In this document: in pieces, positions 27,723 through 39,039 of the stretch | Numbering within the stretch: position 1 is the first letter of the stretch | Layout of the letters: every line of letters begins with the position of its first letter | DNA from: Octopus sinensis | Taxonomy: Eukaryota | DNA length: 64,000 bases | Reading direction: 5' to 3' | Assembly: GCF_006345805.1 (NCBI RefSeq) | Contig: NC_043005.1 | Location: 35,340,001-35,404,000, forward strand | Program-made: the position numbers and the translations under genes | Notes under the pieces: model-generated | What the model saw: the letters and a program-made list of their open reading frames with translations, nothing else | Told to the model about the DNA's origin: nothing | Database searches by the model: none

Positions 27723-27765
27723 TATATTATATATATAATATATATATATATAATATAATATATAT

Positions 27766-27812
<47 letters not shown>

Positions 27813-28064
27813 GTTTAACAATTAAGGATAATCTCTTAATAAGGGATCTTAACAAGAAATTATCGGGTAGCTAGCGTGAAAACCTCATAAAAGAAAAGAA
27901 TCCGAAAATTATTTTTTCTTTTGAACAAATTAATATATATTGTATAGAGGGGCATATTACACATAAATGCCTCACACTAGGAGGGACAAAGTCATTACTA
28001 CCAAAAATATACTAATCATACCCAAATGCAGTTTTTCAAAGCAAGACATTTAAAAATGAATTAT

Positions 28065-28120
28065 GTTCTGTATCACCGTGATTTCACATATAACTTGCGT
28101 CTAATGATCGTCAGCAGAAC
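28065..28120 (-). ncRNA. Type I hammerhead ribozyme, array unit 1
   Basis: GTTCTG-CTGACGA-TCATTAGACGCAAGTTATATGT-GAAA-TCACGGTGA-TA-CAGAAC. 6-bp stem I; predicted cleavage between 28071 and 28070. Confidence 0.82.
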
Positions 28121-28537
28121 TGATCTGAATACATCATAAATAAACTACCAACTTACGTAGCGAAGACGAAACAGACCAACTGCTCACTCCGGCCAAGCCA
28201 TGGAATGTTTATAAATCATATATCCGGTAAATGGCGGGCTTTTTACGAACTGCGTCGGGTAATGAAAAGTATTTCGGAATAAGTTTAACAATTAAGGATA
28301 ATCTCTTAATAAGGGATCTTAAAAGAAATTTCGGGTAGCTAGCGTGAAAACCTCATAAAAGAAAAGAATCCGAAAATAATTTTTTTCTTTTGAACAAATT
28401 AATTATATCTATATTGTATAGAGGCATTATTACACATAAATGCCTCACACTAGGAGGGAAAAGTCATTACTACCAAAAATTATACTAATCATACCCAAAT
28501 GCAGTTTTTCAAAGCAAGACATTTAAAAATGAATTAT

Positions 28538-28594
28538 GTTCTGTTATCACCGTGATTTCACATATAACTTGCGTCTAATGATCGTCAGCAGAAC
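28538..28594 (-). ncRNA. Type I hammerhead ribozyme, array unit 2 (one extra base at the cleavage site)
   Basis: Same motif, with GATAACAGAAC at the site. Confidence 0.75.
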
Positions 28595-29011
28595 TGATTC
28601 TGAATACATCATAAATAAACTACCAACCTTACGTAGCGAAGACGAACAGACAACTGCTCACTCCGGCCCAGCACATGGAATGTATAAATCATATATCCGG
28701 TTAAATGGCGGGCTTTTTACGAACTGCATGTCGGGTAATGAAAAGTATTCGGAATAAGTTTAACAATTAAGGATAATCTCTTAATAAGGGATCTTAACAG
28801 AAATTATCGGGTAGCTAGCGTGAAAAACTCATAAAAGAAAAAATCCGAAAATAATTTTTTTCTTTTGAACAAATAATTATATCTATATGTATAGAGGGCA
28901 TTATTACACATAAATGCCTCACACTAGGAGGGACAAAGTCATTACTACCAAAAATTATACTAATCATACCCAAATGCAGTTTTTCAAAGCAAGACATTTA
29001 AAAAATGATAT

Positions 29012-29067
29012 GTTCTGTATCACCGTGATTTCACATATAACTTGCGTCTAATGATCGTCAGCAGAAC
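29012..29067 (-). ncRNA. Type I hammerhead ribozyme, array unit 3
   Basis: Identical to the unit 1 motif. Confidence 0.82.
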
Positions 29068-29713
29068 TGATTCTGAATACATCATAAATAAACTACCAAC
29101 CTTACGTAGCGAAGACGAACAGACAACTGCTCACTCGCTCCGAACATGGAATGTTTATATAATCATATATCCGGTAAATGGCGGGCTTTTTCGAACTGCA
29201 TGTCGGGTAATGAAAAGTATTTCGGAATAAGTTTAACAATTAAGGATAATCTCTTATAATGTGTAATAATGCCCTCTATACAATATATATATAAACGTAT
29301 AGACATGTGTGTATCTTTTGTATGTCATGGCGCCCAATCATGTTATTATTTAGAGCCGTTAATTATTTGGATCAGTGAATTAAAATATGCTCGGCCTTAT
29401 CCGGTTTGTAACCTTTTCCAGGTGGTAGGTCTAGTACATCGGAAATAAACACAACTAGGTATCATTGAAAAATCTCAAGGGAAACCTGGGTTAGGTTTTA
29501 GAAGTTAGATACATAAATACGAGTCAGTAAACGGTAAATTGTTGAAGTAGAGATTCTTATTGCGAAATTTTGAGGTAGGTCCGTATTTTCCTTTACATCC
29601 ATACATTACATCTATGGAAACATATAGGCTACATATATGCTTACATGTATAGTACTTAGATACACGCACATACATATAACATACATATGATCACATACAT
29701 ACATACACACACA

Positions 29714-29766
<53 letters not shown>

Positions 29767-30315
29767 TATATACATATATATATTTATTTTCTTTTTATTC
29801 TTTTACTTGTTTCTGACATTTGACTGCGGCCATGTTGGAGCACCGTTTAAAATGTGTTTTAGTTGAAGAAATCAACCTCAGGACTTATTCTTTGTAAACC
29901 CAGTACTTATTGTAGTGGTCTCTTTTGCCGAACCGCTAATTATACATGATGACTTTGACATGAAAAATTTTAAGACGATTTAAAATTAGGTGAATAAAAC
30001 TAAAAGCATTATATAAACTAGAAAATTTATATATGCATATTTATATATATGGAAATATACCTTTACTGCCGTGGCTAATACTAGAAAATATAGCACTCAT
30101 GCAGTAATTATAATTTCATGGTGCTTATTACAAAACGATGAAATGAATACAAATTTTAATAACAATTAAAATTAGATAAAACAAAATTTCTCGTGGCTGT
30201 GTGGTAAGAAGCGTGTCACCTTGGACAAGTGTCGTCTACTATGACATAGAGCCGACCAAAGCCTTGTGAGTGGATTTGGTAGATGGAAACTGAAAGAAAC
30301 CCATCGTATATATGC

Positions 30316-30652
30316 AAAAGGGTGAAGACCCCTTTCGGTCATGAATGACCATTAGATTGCACCTAGAAAGTTACCCTCCGAGGGACACGTTCAGGCAAAG
30401 TTGTTTATGGAAGACCAGCAGTCACTCATACATACCAGCCCCGCCTCTCCACGCCACCGATATTCTCCAAGGGAAAGGCAAATCCTGTTACATCTTGTCA
30501 CCTGTGACATCGTAACTTATTTCTACAGCTGAGTGAAATGGAGCAACATGAAATAAAGTGTCTTGCACAAGAACACAGCAGAACTCAGACCAAGAATCGA
30601 ACTCACTACTTCATGATTGTGAGCCCGACGCTCTAACCACCGAGCCATAGCG
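30316..30652 (-). mobile_element. tRNA-derived SINE (H2 head, tail D) nested in a family C SINE (about 30190-30790)
   Basis: Head and central domain similar to 19-303 with a different tail; family C sequence resumes after 30652. Confidence 0.7.
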
Positions 30653-30850
30653 GATCAGCAAAAAGACACCCATTGAATAAGTACTATGTTTTATAAAGAT
30701 AAGTACTGGGTCAATACAGTCGACTAAAAATTCTTCAAGGAGGTGCCCCAGAATGACCGCAGTCTAATGAGTGAAACAAATAAAAAATAAAGATAAAATA
30801 TTTATATATTTGCAATGCATATGTTAATTTTCTAAATTCTATCAACATAA

Positions 30851-31262
30851 GGCGCAGGAGTGGCTGTGTGGTAAGTAGCTTGTTTACCAACCACATGGTT
30901 CCGGGTTCAGTCCCACTGCATGGCACCTTGGGCAAGTGTCTTCAACTATAGCCTCGGCCCGACCAAAGCCTTGTGAGTGGATTTGGTAGACGGAAACTGA
31001 AAGAAGCCCGTCGTATGTATATGTATATAAATATATATATATGCGTGTGTGTGTTTGTGAGTCTGTGTTTGTCCCCCTAGCATTGCTTGGCAACCGATGC
31101 TGGTGTATTTATGTCCCCGTCACTTAGCGGTTCGGCAAAAGAGACTGATAGAATAAGTATAGGGCTTACAAAAGAATAAGCCCCGGGGTCGAGTTGCTCG
31201 ATTAAAGGCGGTGCTCCAGCATGGCCGCAGTCAAATGACTGAAACAAGTAAAAGAGTAAAGA
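30851..31262 (+). mobile_element. tRNA-derived SINE family C, full length
   Basis: Highly similar to 17865-18255. Confidence 0.9.
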
Positions 31263-31535
31263 GAGAGAAAGAGTATAATAGCAATTTGTTCCATTGAAAA
31301 TCTATCGCTGCAAAATGTCGTTAGAAAAATGTGAATTTTTTTCAGAAGATTGCCATTGCCTGCCACCAAGCCTCATATATACACTCATCCTTCTCTTACT
31401 GTTACCCTGTCTTCTCCTCTCTTTACACGAAGTAACATGTGACTGGACATATCAACCAACCAGCGAATGCACCAACCAACATTATCATACAGAGAGAGAA
31501 AAAAGCCATGAAAAACAAGAAATATTAGGAATCTG

Positions 31536-31752
31536 TACGAGGGTGAACCGAAAAGTTCCTGGCATTAAGGGTGTTGTGGAAGGCCTGGTTGGAGGTCTAG
31601 CCTTCTGAGTTCTTTTGCTGTGCTTAGAAAAACTGAAGGACCGTTGCAATAAGTGTGTGAATCTGACAGTGGGGATATGTTGAATAAAACCATAATTAAC
31701 TGATCCTCCTGTATTTTCTTTTAGCCAAAGCCAGGAACTTTCCAGCTTCGTA
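31536..31752. mobile_element. Mariner-type MITE
   Basis: TA-flanked TIRs TACGAGGGTGAACCGAAAAGTTCCTGGC / GCCAGGAACTTTCCAGCTTCGTA. Confidence 0.7.
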
Positions 31753-32327
31753 TATTCTGTACCTGAACGTAAATACAGATGGAGAGAACAGGTGCAAAAG
31801 TGTAACGTTTGTAAGTTACAAGCTGTCGTTCAAAATCATGAATGAATTAATTGTTAAGATTTTGAATGTAATATGATATTAGGTATCATAAGCAGTAAGT
31901 AATCTGAGAGAGAAATAAGGAATATGTTACCATTTTCTGACTCATTGGTGTTAGAAGACTAATACTGAATTTCCCTTGAAAGAAAAAGCAGAATTCAAAT
32001 TAATTTAAGTCGATTTAAATTAGAATTTTAAACATTTATTGAAGTTAAAAATAAATTTTCAGTTTTAAATAAGTTGTTTTTATTTTCTGAGCGAATACGG
32101 GTTTACACATAAACTCGTGAGTTCGTGCAGAACTCGCACTCTTACACAAACACACATACTGCTCCCTCTAATAAACATTAACACACAAACACACATACAT
32201 ACCCACACACACACGCACGCATGCACATATACATATTAAGTATGTATGTGGTATGAATGCATATGCATATACATACATAGATATTGATATATGCATACGA
32301 ATATATATATATGTGTATATATATATA

Positions 32328-32384
<57 letters not shown>

Positions 32385-32538
32385 TTATATATATATATAT
32401 ATATATAAGGGAGTTAACGATAAGTGCTAATTCTAGTGCTAGAAGTAGCTCCTTTTCTGGTAAAGCCACCGAAGATTTTTTTGTTAAACTGACGGTATTA
32501 TTAATTAATATCTAATTTGTCACCCTCATTTATGAATG

Positions 32539-32574
<36 letters not shown>

Positions 32575-32581
32575 ATATATA

Positions 32582-32849
32582 TTGGGTTGTCCGAAAGTTC
32601 GTGCCGATTTTAAAGGAAAGAAAACGGTCAATAAATACTTGCTATTATACATTTTTAATCAACCAAATATGACCACTTGTTGCTAATGCGTCTCCATCAT
32701 TCCTTTACTTGAAAATACTCTCTTCCCAGCATTGAGGTGGTTTCATGGCAACAATTCATCAAGGTATCTTTTTACGTCATCTAAGGATGTTAAAAAATAA
32801 GTCGAAAGGCAAGCGACTATAAATCGGCACGGCTTTCCGGACAACCCAA
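32582..32849. mobile_element. Mariner deletion derivative / MITE inserted in (TA)n
   Basis: ~29-bp TIRs TTGGGTTGTCCGAAAGTTCGTGCCGATTT / AAATCGGCACGGCTTTCCGGACAACCCAA with TA on both sides. Confidence 0.85.
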
Positions 32850-32908
32850 TATATATATATATATAGATTATATATATATATATATATCTATATATATTAA
32901 TATATATA

Positions 32909-32952
<44 letters not shown>

Positions 32953-32962
32953 ATATAATATA

Positions 32963-33268
32963 TATCACCGTGACCGACCAGGCTATCAGATGTTGTTACA
33001 CATCGCTGGTCTCAATACGCTTGGCATTGTTTTAGTCTTCAAACGACGCTACCTCACTGGCTAAGCGACCAGGCCAACAGAAGAAAGAGTGAGAGAAAGT
33101 TGTGACGAAAGAGTACAGCAGGGATCGCCACCCCACCCCCTGTCGGAGCCTCATGGAGCTTTAGGTGCTTTCGCTCAATAAACACTCACAACTCCCGGTC
33201 TGGGAATGGAAACTGCGATCCTACGACCGCGAGTCCGCTGACCTAACCACTGGGCCATTGCGCCTCCA
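32963..33268 (-). mobile_element. tRNA-derived SINE (H1 head, tail B)
   Basis: Near-identical to 27353. Confidence 0.88.
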
Positions 33269-33289
33269 CACACACACACACACACACAT

Positions 33290-33475
33290 AAACAATTGCA
33301 ACGTGGAAGGTGTTTATAAACCATTTAAGAAACACACAAAAACCGTTAGATTCACTTCAACATTTAATTTGCCAAAATATTTTCGTCGCTTTGAGACCGC
33401 GACCTGTTCACTGACAAAATTCCGTACTGCATCTCTATAAATGGCTTATAAACACCTTCCATGCTGCAGTTGTTT
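33290..33475. repeat. 38-bp inverted repeats enclosing a hammerhead-like core
   Basis: 33290-33327 versus 33438-33475, 4 transition differences. Confidence 0.85.
33368..33418 (-). ncRNA. Type I hammerhead-like motif with G3-C8 core swap
   Basis: TTTGTCA-GTGAACA-G-GTCGC GGTCTCAAA GCGAC-GAAA-ATAT-TT-TGGCAAA. 7-bp stem I, 5-bp stem II, palindromic AATATT stem III. Confidence 0.65.
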
Positions 33476-33544
33476 TCGTTCCAGCACACGATCTCAGATC
33501 AGGTCACTTACTATGCAAGTACATCTCCACACACACACACACAT

Positions 33545-33576
<32 letters not shown>

Positions 33577-33583
<7 letters not shown>

Positions 33584-33655
33584 AATAAAAGAAGGGTAAA
33601 AATACTGCTTGCCAAAGATGAAAGCGGTATTTTTACCCTTCTTTTATTCAAATAT
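33577..33655. repeat. 34-bp-arm hairpin (short foldback, MITE-like)
   Basis: 33577-33610 versus 33622-33655, one G-U-compatible difference, 11-nt loop. Confidence 0.85.
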
Positions 33656-33661
33656 TTAATA

Positions 33662-34052
33662 CTAGCAGTATCGCCCGGCGTTGCTCGGGTTTGTAAGGGA
33701 AATAACTATATAAGCATTTTTAGAGAGTTATAGCCAAAAAATAGCAAAAAAATGCATTAAAAATTGAAAAAAAATTAAGGTAAATTTTTTTTTTAATCGT
33801 TGACACATCGTAGATATTTTTAGAGAGTTACTTCCCTTATATAAAAGCGAAAAAAATGCATTAAAATGGAAAAATATGATGGTAATTTTTTTTAAATCGT
33901 AGACTCATCGTAGACGCGCGCTAATACCAGAAGGGCTCGATATTGAATCACGACTATAAGATACCCGCTTTTGGTTAAACTGCACCGCAAAATGTGGGAG
34001 TAGTTACGAATCTAAATCGTAGGAGACAGACACACAACTTCACTCTATATAA
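33662..34052 (-). mobile_element. Non-autonomous Helitron
   Basis: Minus-strand 3' end CCCG-AGCAACGC-CGGG hairpin followed by CTAG|T. Confidence 0.7.
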
Positions 34053-34059
34053 AATGCTT

Positions 34060-34369
34060 TTTTTTTTTTCAGTCATAGAGTTAGATTTATGAAGGTCTTC
34101 AGTAGAAAATCCTTCGAATTCTGACTCGCTGCTTGATATAATGAAATTCGTATCCATTTTTTGTCAGAATTACAAATTTTGAAACACAATAGGAACAAAT
34201 TTCGGAAAAAAAAATCTCCCATAATTCACGGAATTAAAATTACACTTCGATTTTGTACAAAGTGTTTACGAAGTATAATACGTGTTTTCACGAATGTACT
34301 AAAGAGATTTACTCTGATATTCTCATTTAAATATGAATAGGTAAATTCGGGCGTTTGGTAACGAAAGGG
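34060..34369 (-). mobile_element. piggyBac 5'-end fragment
   Basis: TTAA|CCCTTTCGTTACC terminus, then an acidic ORF start MDTNFIISSSESEFEGFSTED typical of piggyBac N-termini. Confidence 0.55.
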
Positions 34370-34559
34370 TTAAACGGATGCATACATTTATTAATAACTA
34401 TAAATAAGTGTCGTCTGTTTATAATAAACACTGTTACATACTTCAGTTTAGTCTTCCTCAAATCATCTGTCGCTATTTACTCTCTTCCAAGAACATTTTC
34501 ATTCACTCTTATCTCTTAGCTTGCCATACATTTTACTCATGTATCTATCAGCGTGATAG

Positions 34560-34890
34560 ACAGAAACAAATATTACATCGCCATCGCATTCTATTGTCTA
34601 CCTGTCAACACACAGTGAATTAGTTTCACTTTATTCGTTGCACACTGTGTGTGTGCGTTTGCGTGTGCTGTAAACCAGACTAAGAAAAGCATTTGACATA
34701 CACACCAGAATGTGAGTTTTCTGTAAATTTTGCTTAATTGGAGTTTAAATTTTAAAAACTGGACCTGGCATGACCCGATGCATTCTACTCTTAAAAATGC
34801 TAGGTAAATTGTAATTGAAGAAATCCTATATTGTAGATTTCTATAAGTGACAAAGGGAGGCAGATGAAATCTGCCTTTTATAATAAGAGA
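34560..34890 (-). mobile_element. Probable Helitron 5' fragment
   Basis: Minus strand starts A|TCTCTTATTATAAAA with an AGGCAGAT-gaa-ATCTGCCT hairpin. Left boundary uncertain. Confidence 0.4.
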
Positions 34891-34979
34891 TTATACTTGG
34901 GTAGAAGTCTTGCTAACCGCCTCATTATTACTGCTTTTAACAGCAATAATGCTTTCTTGTAGTTAATATATATATATAT

Positions 34980-35340
34980 ACGAGCAAAACGCCCCCACCC
35001 CGTCCAATGGACGGTGCTGAGTTGTCAAACATTTAACCCAAATTTTCTCAAAGCAACTTGTCCGACCGTCCCATAGGCCTCTCCTTTGAGAAATACTGTT
35101 TTAACCTAAATTTGAGACACCAGCAAAAGATGGACTTCGACTGATATACTTTCGCGTACAAATGCACGTTCCCACGGCTTTATCGATCGCATTCTCACCT
35201 GGAATCGATTTTTGTAATTTTTTTCAAGACTTATACACGCCCTGGTACCGTCGGTATCTACATATCAAATTTGAGCGCAATCGGATGGAGGATGCCCGAG
35301 ATCCTAGAAGACACACAGACAGAACGGATTTTATATAATA
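34980..35340 (-). mobile_element. Non-autonomous Helitron
   Basis: CCGTCC-aat-GGACGG hairpin near a degenerate CTAG end; AAATTTGAGCGCAATCGG and GACAGA tracts typical of such elements. Confidence 0.55.
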
Positions 35341-36130
35341 TATATATGTATATATATATACATCTGAATGCTAACATGAATGTATGTGTATGGTAATGTG
35401 CGTGGGTGCATATATATATATATATAATATATATATTATATATATTATATATATATTAATATATATAATATGCGTGTAAAGGAAGAGAGAGAGAGAGTGG
35501 GGGGATAATGATGCACGTACCCCGTCCTCAAACACAGACAAATATTTTAGCCGGCTTATGAATTAAATCTCTCTCTCTCTCCCTCTCCCTATTTCTCTTT
35601 CCCACTTTCTCTCTCTCTGTCTCATTCCTTCTCTCTTACTTTATGCCTCGCTCTTCCACTCCTTTTTTTTTTTTTGAGATAAAATCAAAAATCCACGAAT
35701 TTCCGAAAAGTTCACTAAAACTTATAATTCAACAACAACAACAGCAACAACAGCTGCAGCAACCTCTTTCGGCTTAAAACAACAGGAATAACAGCAACAA
35801 CAACATATAAAATACAATAGGACCACATACAACATATAGCGGCAGCAACAGCAGCAACAACAACCACATCAACAAAAGCAATAGTGAGATAAAGTGTTAT
35901 GTAAACAACTCGAGACTAAGAACTGTCCACACCTTCCGACTGAATGAAACCTCTTCCTGCCACCCCTCCAAACTAGCTTCAATTTCCGCTTGTTATCTAG
36001 AATTGTAAACTTTGTGGGGGTGTTGAAGTAGTAGTAGTGTTGGTGGTGGTAGCGAAAGCAGCAATACTAATAGAGGTTGTTGTGTTGTGATAATGGCGGT
36101 GTTATTAGTGGCGCGTTATTATTACTGCTA

Positions 36131-36177
<47 letters not shown>

Positions 36178-36710
36178 AGTAGTAGTAGTAGTAGTAGTGT
36201 TGGTTGTTGTTGTTGTTGTTGTTGTAGATGTGGTGATAGTGAGGGTGATGGTTGTTTGTGGCTGGTGATGATGGCGGCGGCGATAATCATGGTGTTATCA
36301 ATCGTATTAGCGGTAATAGCAGGATGTTAATAGTAATGTTAATCATCATCATCATCATCATCATCATCTGCAGCAGCGGCAGCAGTAGCAGTAATAGTAG
36401 TAAACGTAAGCCGCCGCCCACGTCTCTGTAGAGACATTCATTAAATCCGCTGATGAATTCATTCATATTTCTGACACGTGACTTGTTAGCATGAATTGTA
36501 ATGTGTGGCGGGGCAGTTACACGGAGGAGTACCGCATGATGAGGAGGAGCGCGCGTGGTTGATCAGTAGTGAAGTACAACATCGAACACCCACGAAACAA
36601 CGACATACCGCTACGTGGTGCTTGATGTGCAGGAAATGCCAGCCAAATCTCCCTCAGATTAATTCCCGTCTTCCAAAAATAAAACAAAAGACACTTTGGC
36701 TTGTGTTCTC

Positions 36711-36910
36711 CTAGATACGCTTTGTCTGAAACAGGAACGAAACACTTTTGACAATGTATTCCTATATATGCACTATGTCTGAAAGGAAGAAGAAAAGATA
36801 CACTATGCCTGAAGAAGAAGAAATGACACTTTTGATAGTGTATTCCAAGATGCATTATGTCTGAAAAAATAATAAGAAATACTTTTGATAATTTAGATAA
36901 ACTTCGTCTG
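36711..36910. repeat. Degenerate ~50-bp minisatellite
   Basis: Recurrent TATGTCTGAAA...ACACTTTTGA..TGTATTCC units. Confidence 0.5.
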
Positions 36911-38137
36911 AAAACATAGCCCTCGATAGGATGGTCATGGGAGGGGTGATCATGCCCGATCATGGTTGATACGGGAGCTAATTCAAAACATCCAGCCAAG
37001 GGGCTCAGGAAATTTATCTTGTCACCTCCTCTGTGATGTATTCAAAGTCAAAATTCTTAGGTTGCAAAAGGTTCAGTCTACTTAGCTGTAAATAGGGTTA
37101 CGACTGACTAAGAGGCATATCATTATCACTTCGTGGTGAAAGAGCTCATTGAACTATGGTCCAGGAAACCTGTGGCACACAAGTAGATCGCTACCAACAG
37201 GCTGACAAATCTTATAGCTCCAGATGTACCACACTGTAGCTAACTTTTTAGAGCGCATTGTGTCGGTATGAGTATGTTGTCTTAACGTACCACAGTATTT
37301 TTGTTTGCATGTTGTTGTTTAGCTCCAGGTCGGCTCTGAACAAGATCTACAAATCTGTAGCTCCAGATGTATTGTATCTGTGCTTAGCTGAAGATATTCA
37401 ATTGTTAACCGCACCGAGTGCTATATAACAGTGTGGCTATGTCATACATACAGTCTCCATGGTCTACTCTAGTTCTCTATCCCTGTTGTTGTTTGGCCTC
37501 ATGTCAGCTGTTAACATGTTGACCAACGGTTAAAGATGTTCAGGTCACAACCAGTGCTCCTTTTATTCAAATACTCTAGGAATAGGGGGTCGACATCATG
37601 CGGACTGCGGCCCAAAATTGAGCCTGTGTGTTGGTCTCCGTTGGTCTCTGTTCTTTTCGTAAAGAGATCATGTATTTGAGGGACATTGAGAAGTTGACGG
37701 CTTTTAACTAGTCTTGATGATTAGGATTTATTTTGTCAGCGTTGGAAATGGGGATGGATATTTATATGTGGAGCCATGGGAAAATACGAAAATATGTGTG
37801 TGTGTGTTTGTATAAACACACACGCACAAACACACACGTACATAAAGTCAGGAGGTATGAGATTTCATGTCTTCATATTCTTCTTACAGAATAATTTTAT
37901 CGCTCGGATTTTCATGATTTTCAGTTACATGGATGGGCACTTTACACAACTTTGTAATTGATTCCGATTTAGACTGATAGCTGAGTCCGTACGAAGAACT
38001 TACCTTGATAGCCGTATGATAAGATATGAATTTTCTGAATCCATATCTTGAAGTATTCATATTATATATATATATATATATAAATATATATATGTGTGTG
38101 TATGTATGTATGTAGATATGTGTATCTATATCTGTCA

Positions 38138-38177
<40 letters not shown>

Positions 38178-38290
38178 CACACACACACACACACACACAG
38201 ACACTCAGACACACACACAGACACACACACAGAGTCATAAATGATAAACAGTTTGGCGAAATTTTATTTAACAATAAGGAAATTTTAATA

Positions 38291-38440
38291 TCACGACAAA
38301 TTATTTCGCAACTTAAAATCATGTAAATAATTTATATTATTATATTTAATAATAAATAAATTGTTTACATATCTGTATCAATGCAAAATGCAAATGATTC
38401 CTTTAAAATAATATAGAATTTAAACTACGTCCTCAGGTGA
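38291..38440 (-). ncRNA. Type I hammerhead ribozyme with ~120-nt AU-rich stem II
   Basis: TCAC-CTGAGGA-C-GTAGTTTAAA...TTTTAAGTTGC-GAAA-TAATTTG-TC-GTGA; GUC site. Confidence 0.65.
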
Positions 38441-38709
38441 AAGAAAGTCTTTGTAGAATGATACATTAAGAGCTATTTTTATGAGTACTACCAGATTACT
38501 TAAATTGATATATATGTAGTATATATGCATATATATTATATATATATATATATATTTATATAATATATATATAATATATATATATATTAATATACTATTA
38601 TATATATTATATTATATATATATCTATATATATATACATATATATATATCTATATATATATATATATATATATTACATACATACATATTATATATTATTA
38701 TATAGACAT

Positions 38710-38771
<62 letters not shown>

Positions 38772-39039
38772 TATTGTGTGTATATATCACAGATAGCGTG
38801 CGTGTGTTTGTTTTGATTCACACGCCGTACCATTCATTATATGTGTGTATATTCTGTATGTGTGTCGACGTCACGGAAGCCATGATTTTTCGTCAAGAAA
38901 TAACAAACAAAAATTGTGTTTAATCGTTTTCATTAATAAATAGAGGTCCAAATATCATAAAACCTCATACTGCACTGCATAACGTAAGTATGGAAATATA
39001 TATTAAAAAAGAATTAAGATAAAATATACTATTTCTGGG

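Larger units (their letters stand above)
27815..29284 (-). mobile_element. Non-coding tandem array of a ~473-nt hammerhead-containing monomer (retrozyme-like or non-autonomous PLE)
   Basis: Unit landmark GTTTAACAATTAAGG at 27813, 28283, 28758 and 29231 (periods 470, 475, 473). Flanked by direct ATATATATAAACGT (27801-27814, 29285-29298). Confidence 0.8.

Noticed and set aside
27815-29256. Array as CRISPR, rDNA/snRNA repeat or coding tandem; unit differences as true divergence
   Set aside because: No repeat-spacer structure, no rRNA/snRNA similarity recognised, no conserved ORF. Differences are mostly single-base indels that may be sequencing or consensus errors.
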